Shown here: piece after piece, positions 60,701 through 64,000 of the stretch | Layout of the letters: each line of letters starts with the position of its first letter | How positions within the stretch are numbered: position 1 is the stretch's first letter | Position numbers and translations under genes: made by a program | Source of the DNA: Sphyrna mokarran | Taxonomy: Eukaryota | Direction: 5' to 3' | DNA length: 64,000 nucleotides | Assembly (NCBI GenBank): GCA_024679065.1 | Contig: JAGIQG010000020.1 | Location: 8,866,001-8,930,000 of the forward strand | The notes under the pieces: model-generated | The model's database searches: none | Told to the model about the DNA's origin: nothing | What the model saw: only the letters and a program-made list of their open reading frames with translations

Positions 60701-63700
60701 TAACATCGATGTTTTTAAACTCCATGCCTTTAGCAATGAAGGACAAAATTCCATTTACCTTGTAATTACCTGCTGCACCCGCAAACCGACTTTCTGTGAT
60801 TCATACACAAGGACACCAGGTCCCTCTGCACAGCAGCATGCTTCAATTTGTTACCACTTAAATTATAGTCCATTTTGATGTTTTCCCATCAAAATGGATG
60901 ACCTCAAATTTACCAACATTCTACTCCATCTGCCAGAATCTTGCCCACTCACTTAGATTACCTATATCCCTTTGCAGACTTTCAGTGTCCTCTGCACACT
61001 TTGCGCTACAATTCATCCCGGTGTAATTTGCGAATTCTGGCGCACTGCCTCGTCTATATAATTTGTAATAAATTGCTGTCCCAACACTGATTCATGAGGC
61101 ACCCCACTAGCCATTGATTGCGAACCAGAAAAACGCCCATTTACCACCTCACCACCACCCCACCTCCCCCCGCCCTCGCTTTGCTTTCTGTTAGTTTATC
61201 AATGTTAATACTTTACCCGTAATACCATTCAGCTTTATTCTACGCAGCAGCCTTTGGTTCGGCACCTTATCAAATGCCTTCTGGATTTTTGTATTTGATT
61301 TATTATAATCAGATATATTAGCATACAGTGGAAAATATTGTTTTTTGCGTGCTGTACAGATATAGCGTACCGTTCAGAGAGGAAGAAAGGAAACACTGCA
61401 GAATGTAATGTTAGACATAGATAATATAGAAAAAGATCAACTTAATGCAAGTTAGGTCCATTCAAATGTCGAACAGCAGCGCTGAAGAAGAAGCTATTCT
61501 TGAGTCAGTTGGTACGTGACCTTAGATTTTTGTATCTTTCTGGAAATCCAGATACACCACGTCCACAGGTCCCTCACTGTAATCTTCTCAAAGAATTTCA
61601 ACGTATTAGTCAACAATGACCTGCCCCCCTTCATGAACCCATGCCGTGTCTCCCCAGTGGATGTTAAGGTAAACAGCCTGTACTACCCGCCTTTTGTCTA
61701 CCTCGTTTTTTTAATCATTGACGTCGCATTTTCTGTTTTCCAATCTGCGCGGAAGATTCTAGATTTGATAAATTACCACTAGTGCATTTGCTAATCCCTC
61801 TGCCATCTTTGTGGTGCCCTGGGAAGCACTCCATCAGCCCCAGGAGATACATTTTATTTTAGCCTCAATAGCTCAACACTCTTTCTTCGGTGACAATCAT
61901 AGTTTCTAAGTCCTCACCAGCCATTGCATTCTTGTCACTAATTTTTGGCATGTTATTTCTCACTGCGCGGAAAACCACGTGGAACCTTTTAGTATACAAA
62001 CAGATGCATTGAGCATAAAATCAGAGGAGTGTGCTGAAGTTTATATAGTTTTGGTTAGGCCAAAACTAACTCATTGCGTCCAGTTCTGGTCACCACACTT
62101 TCGGGAGGATATGAAGATCTTTAAGAGGGTGCAGAGGAGATTTGCCAGGAACGTTGTAGGAAGTTTGGGTACAAGGTTAAGTGGGAGACCTGAGGCAGTT
62201 CAGTTGGAAAAAGGGGGAACTTGACGGAAGTGCACAAGGATTGGCAGTTTTCTTAAGACGGAGACAGAAAGGAAATACCAATTTTCGGAACATACAATAA
62301 GCAGCAGACCCAGATTAAGGGATTTGGGCAAAAAGTACCGGGAATGTCTGAGGAAGACTTTTTTGTGATGTGAACACAAGAATGCTAGGATCAGAGACTA
62401 TCATTGATTTCAAAAGAAAATAAAATATGCACCTCATGGAAACACTCTTGCAGGGTTACGGAATAGAATGACGGAAAGCGACTGGCTGTATTGTTCATTC
62501 GGAATCCGGATAGACTGCATGGGTCGAATAACCAAATCTGCTGTAATGATTGCATAACTATGATATTATAATAGTTTATCACACAACCACTTGCGCCTAT
62601 GAAGAATTGCGAGAAGTCACATTTTCATTCTCTGGTGGAAAGGCACAGAAAAGAACCAGAAATAATTGTACTTCCAGGCCTGACCGGTCTGGTCACGGAT
62701 AGCATTTTGTTAATACAGTAATCGTGCAAGCATATAGTAGAGGGGGAGCCAATCTGATTACCCTTCAGATGCCAATTCTAAGAAGTACCGGCACAATTAC
62801 GCTCACTGATCATAGCCCGATATAATTTCCATCTTGATGTATTTAGATAATATCCTGTTTCAGTTCTTATTGAATCGTATTTCATCACTCAGTCTGCCAT
62901 TGCAATGTAGATCTTACAACCTCGCTTTGGATGACTACACCCATCCTCTCCCCGCCTTTCAGTTTCTATCAGAAATTACTTGAAATTTTTGGATTCGAGC
63001 TTTCTGCCTCTGGAAACAGTTTATTCCTATTTTCTCCATCAAATTCAGTCAAGAAGGTCTCAATTAAATCTCTGCTTAACCAGATCTGCTCCGAACAGAA
63101 CATCCCAATTTTACCTAATCGCTTTGTTTTTCACGCCTTTCAAATCAATTAGTCGTCATGGCCCCCGTCTAAGCTAAATATTATCTAATGCTCACAACAT
63201 GAATTCACGTTATTTTAATAATGCTTTCGAAAAAACGGGTGTTCAGCTACAAATACCAATTTCTGCTCTTCAATGCTTGCCCTTGGAAACCGCAGACAGC
63301 AGGAGCATGGCGAAAGTAAAATAAGGAGGGAGAACCGCGTGGAGTGAGCAAACACAGGAGCATGGAGATAAAATAAGATTGGTGAGTGAACCGCAGCAGA
63401 GCCCAATCACAAGCGAAGCAGAACACAGCGGAAACACGAGACGAATCGAGAGAGAAGGTGCACGATACTGCAGAGCGACTCTGCGACCTTCCCCGACCTG
63501 CTTACTCTTGAAAACCGTGGCCTGAGCCGTTGCCCATCTGGAAAGCTGGGCCAGTGTTGCAAACCGGGCGGAAGCTCTCTGCGGGCCCTCGGGCATTGCG
63601 TGTTTGGCGTTAGGCCCACCCGAAGCAACAAGAACTGATAACTGAGGACAATATAAGAAATGTCAATGGTTTATGTGAATAATTGTGGCGCATTTGAAGA

Positions 63701-63826
63701 CCAATGTCAGGAAGATAACATTTTGATTAAATGTGATATAATTAAAGGCAGAAGTTCCTTTTATTGATGAGATGTCGAATAAGAGATTCCTATCACGTCT
63801 GCGCACCATGAATATGTGATGCAACA

Positions 63827-63840
63827 CTGCCACCTACTGG
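63827..63840 (-). promoter_or_regulatory. Candidate CTCF site (unit 3)
   Basis: Identical motif at the orthologous position. Confidence 0.6.
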
Positions 63841-64000
63841 TGCAATAACATATGACACAGAGCTGATATTACCACTTTTTGGCGCAATATTATATGACAC
63901 AGAGGTGATATGACCTCTTGGAATCACCCCATTCGAAGTAAATCACTTGCTGCTTTTTTTGAATATATGACTTCAAAATTGAGGTCTATCTGCTGAAGTC

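Larger units (their letters stand above)
5277..64000. repeat. Tandem segmental duplication: units about 5277-27816, 27817-48636 and 48637->64000
   Basis: Collinear homology of exons, introns and spacer repeats. C stops at 10080/32151/53537; leader ATGs at 14083/36169/57560. Confidence 0.93.

Noticed and set aside
1-64000. CRISPR arrays, rRNA or prokaryotic systems
   Set aside because: The sequence is vertebrate, intron-containing and retroelement-rich; no regularly spaced repeat-spacer array or rRNA-like region was seen.

Overview
This is eukaryotic DNA from a cartilaginous fish, probably a carcharhiniform shark; that assignment rests on my recollection of the sandbar-shark lambda-like light chain and on shark CR1, V-SINE and Penelope repeats. 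The window holds three complete immunoglobulin light-chain clusters of the type II/NS3 (lambda-like) class. They lie head-to-tail on the minus strand, spaced about 22.1 and 21.4 kb apart. Each cluster is leader exon (43 nt) - germline-joined VJ exon (no RSS) - J-C intron of about 3.2 kb - C exon (323 nt), with open frames, canonical splice sites, a TATA/octamer promoter and AATAAA signals. The spacers are shared, mostly decayed transposon DNA with unit-specific recent insertions. The germline-joined cluster organisation is known biology. The most notable observations are: (1) germline paralogs differ mainly in the CDRs, largely by contiguous 2-4 nt substitutions that resemble the shark somatic-hypermutation signature; (2) a 12-nt CDR3 length difference; (3) one strong CTCF-like motif per repeat unit; (4) a mobile chimeric CR1 whose 3' UTR carries a captured V-SINE and a covarying multibranch RNA structure; (5) a 308-bp Penelope-derived inverted repeat present in two units and absent at the orthologous site of the third; (6) hammerhead-ribozyme relics; (7) mosaic similarity between units. 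All alignments and foldings were done by eye.
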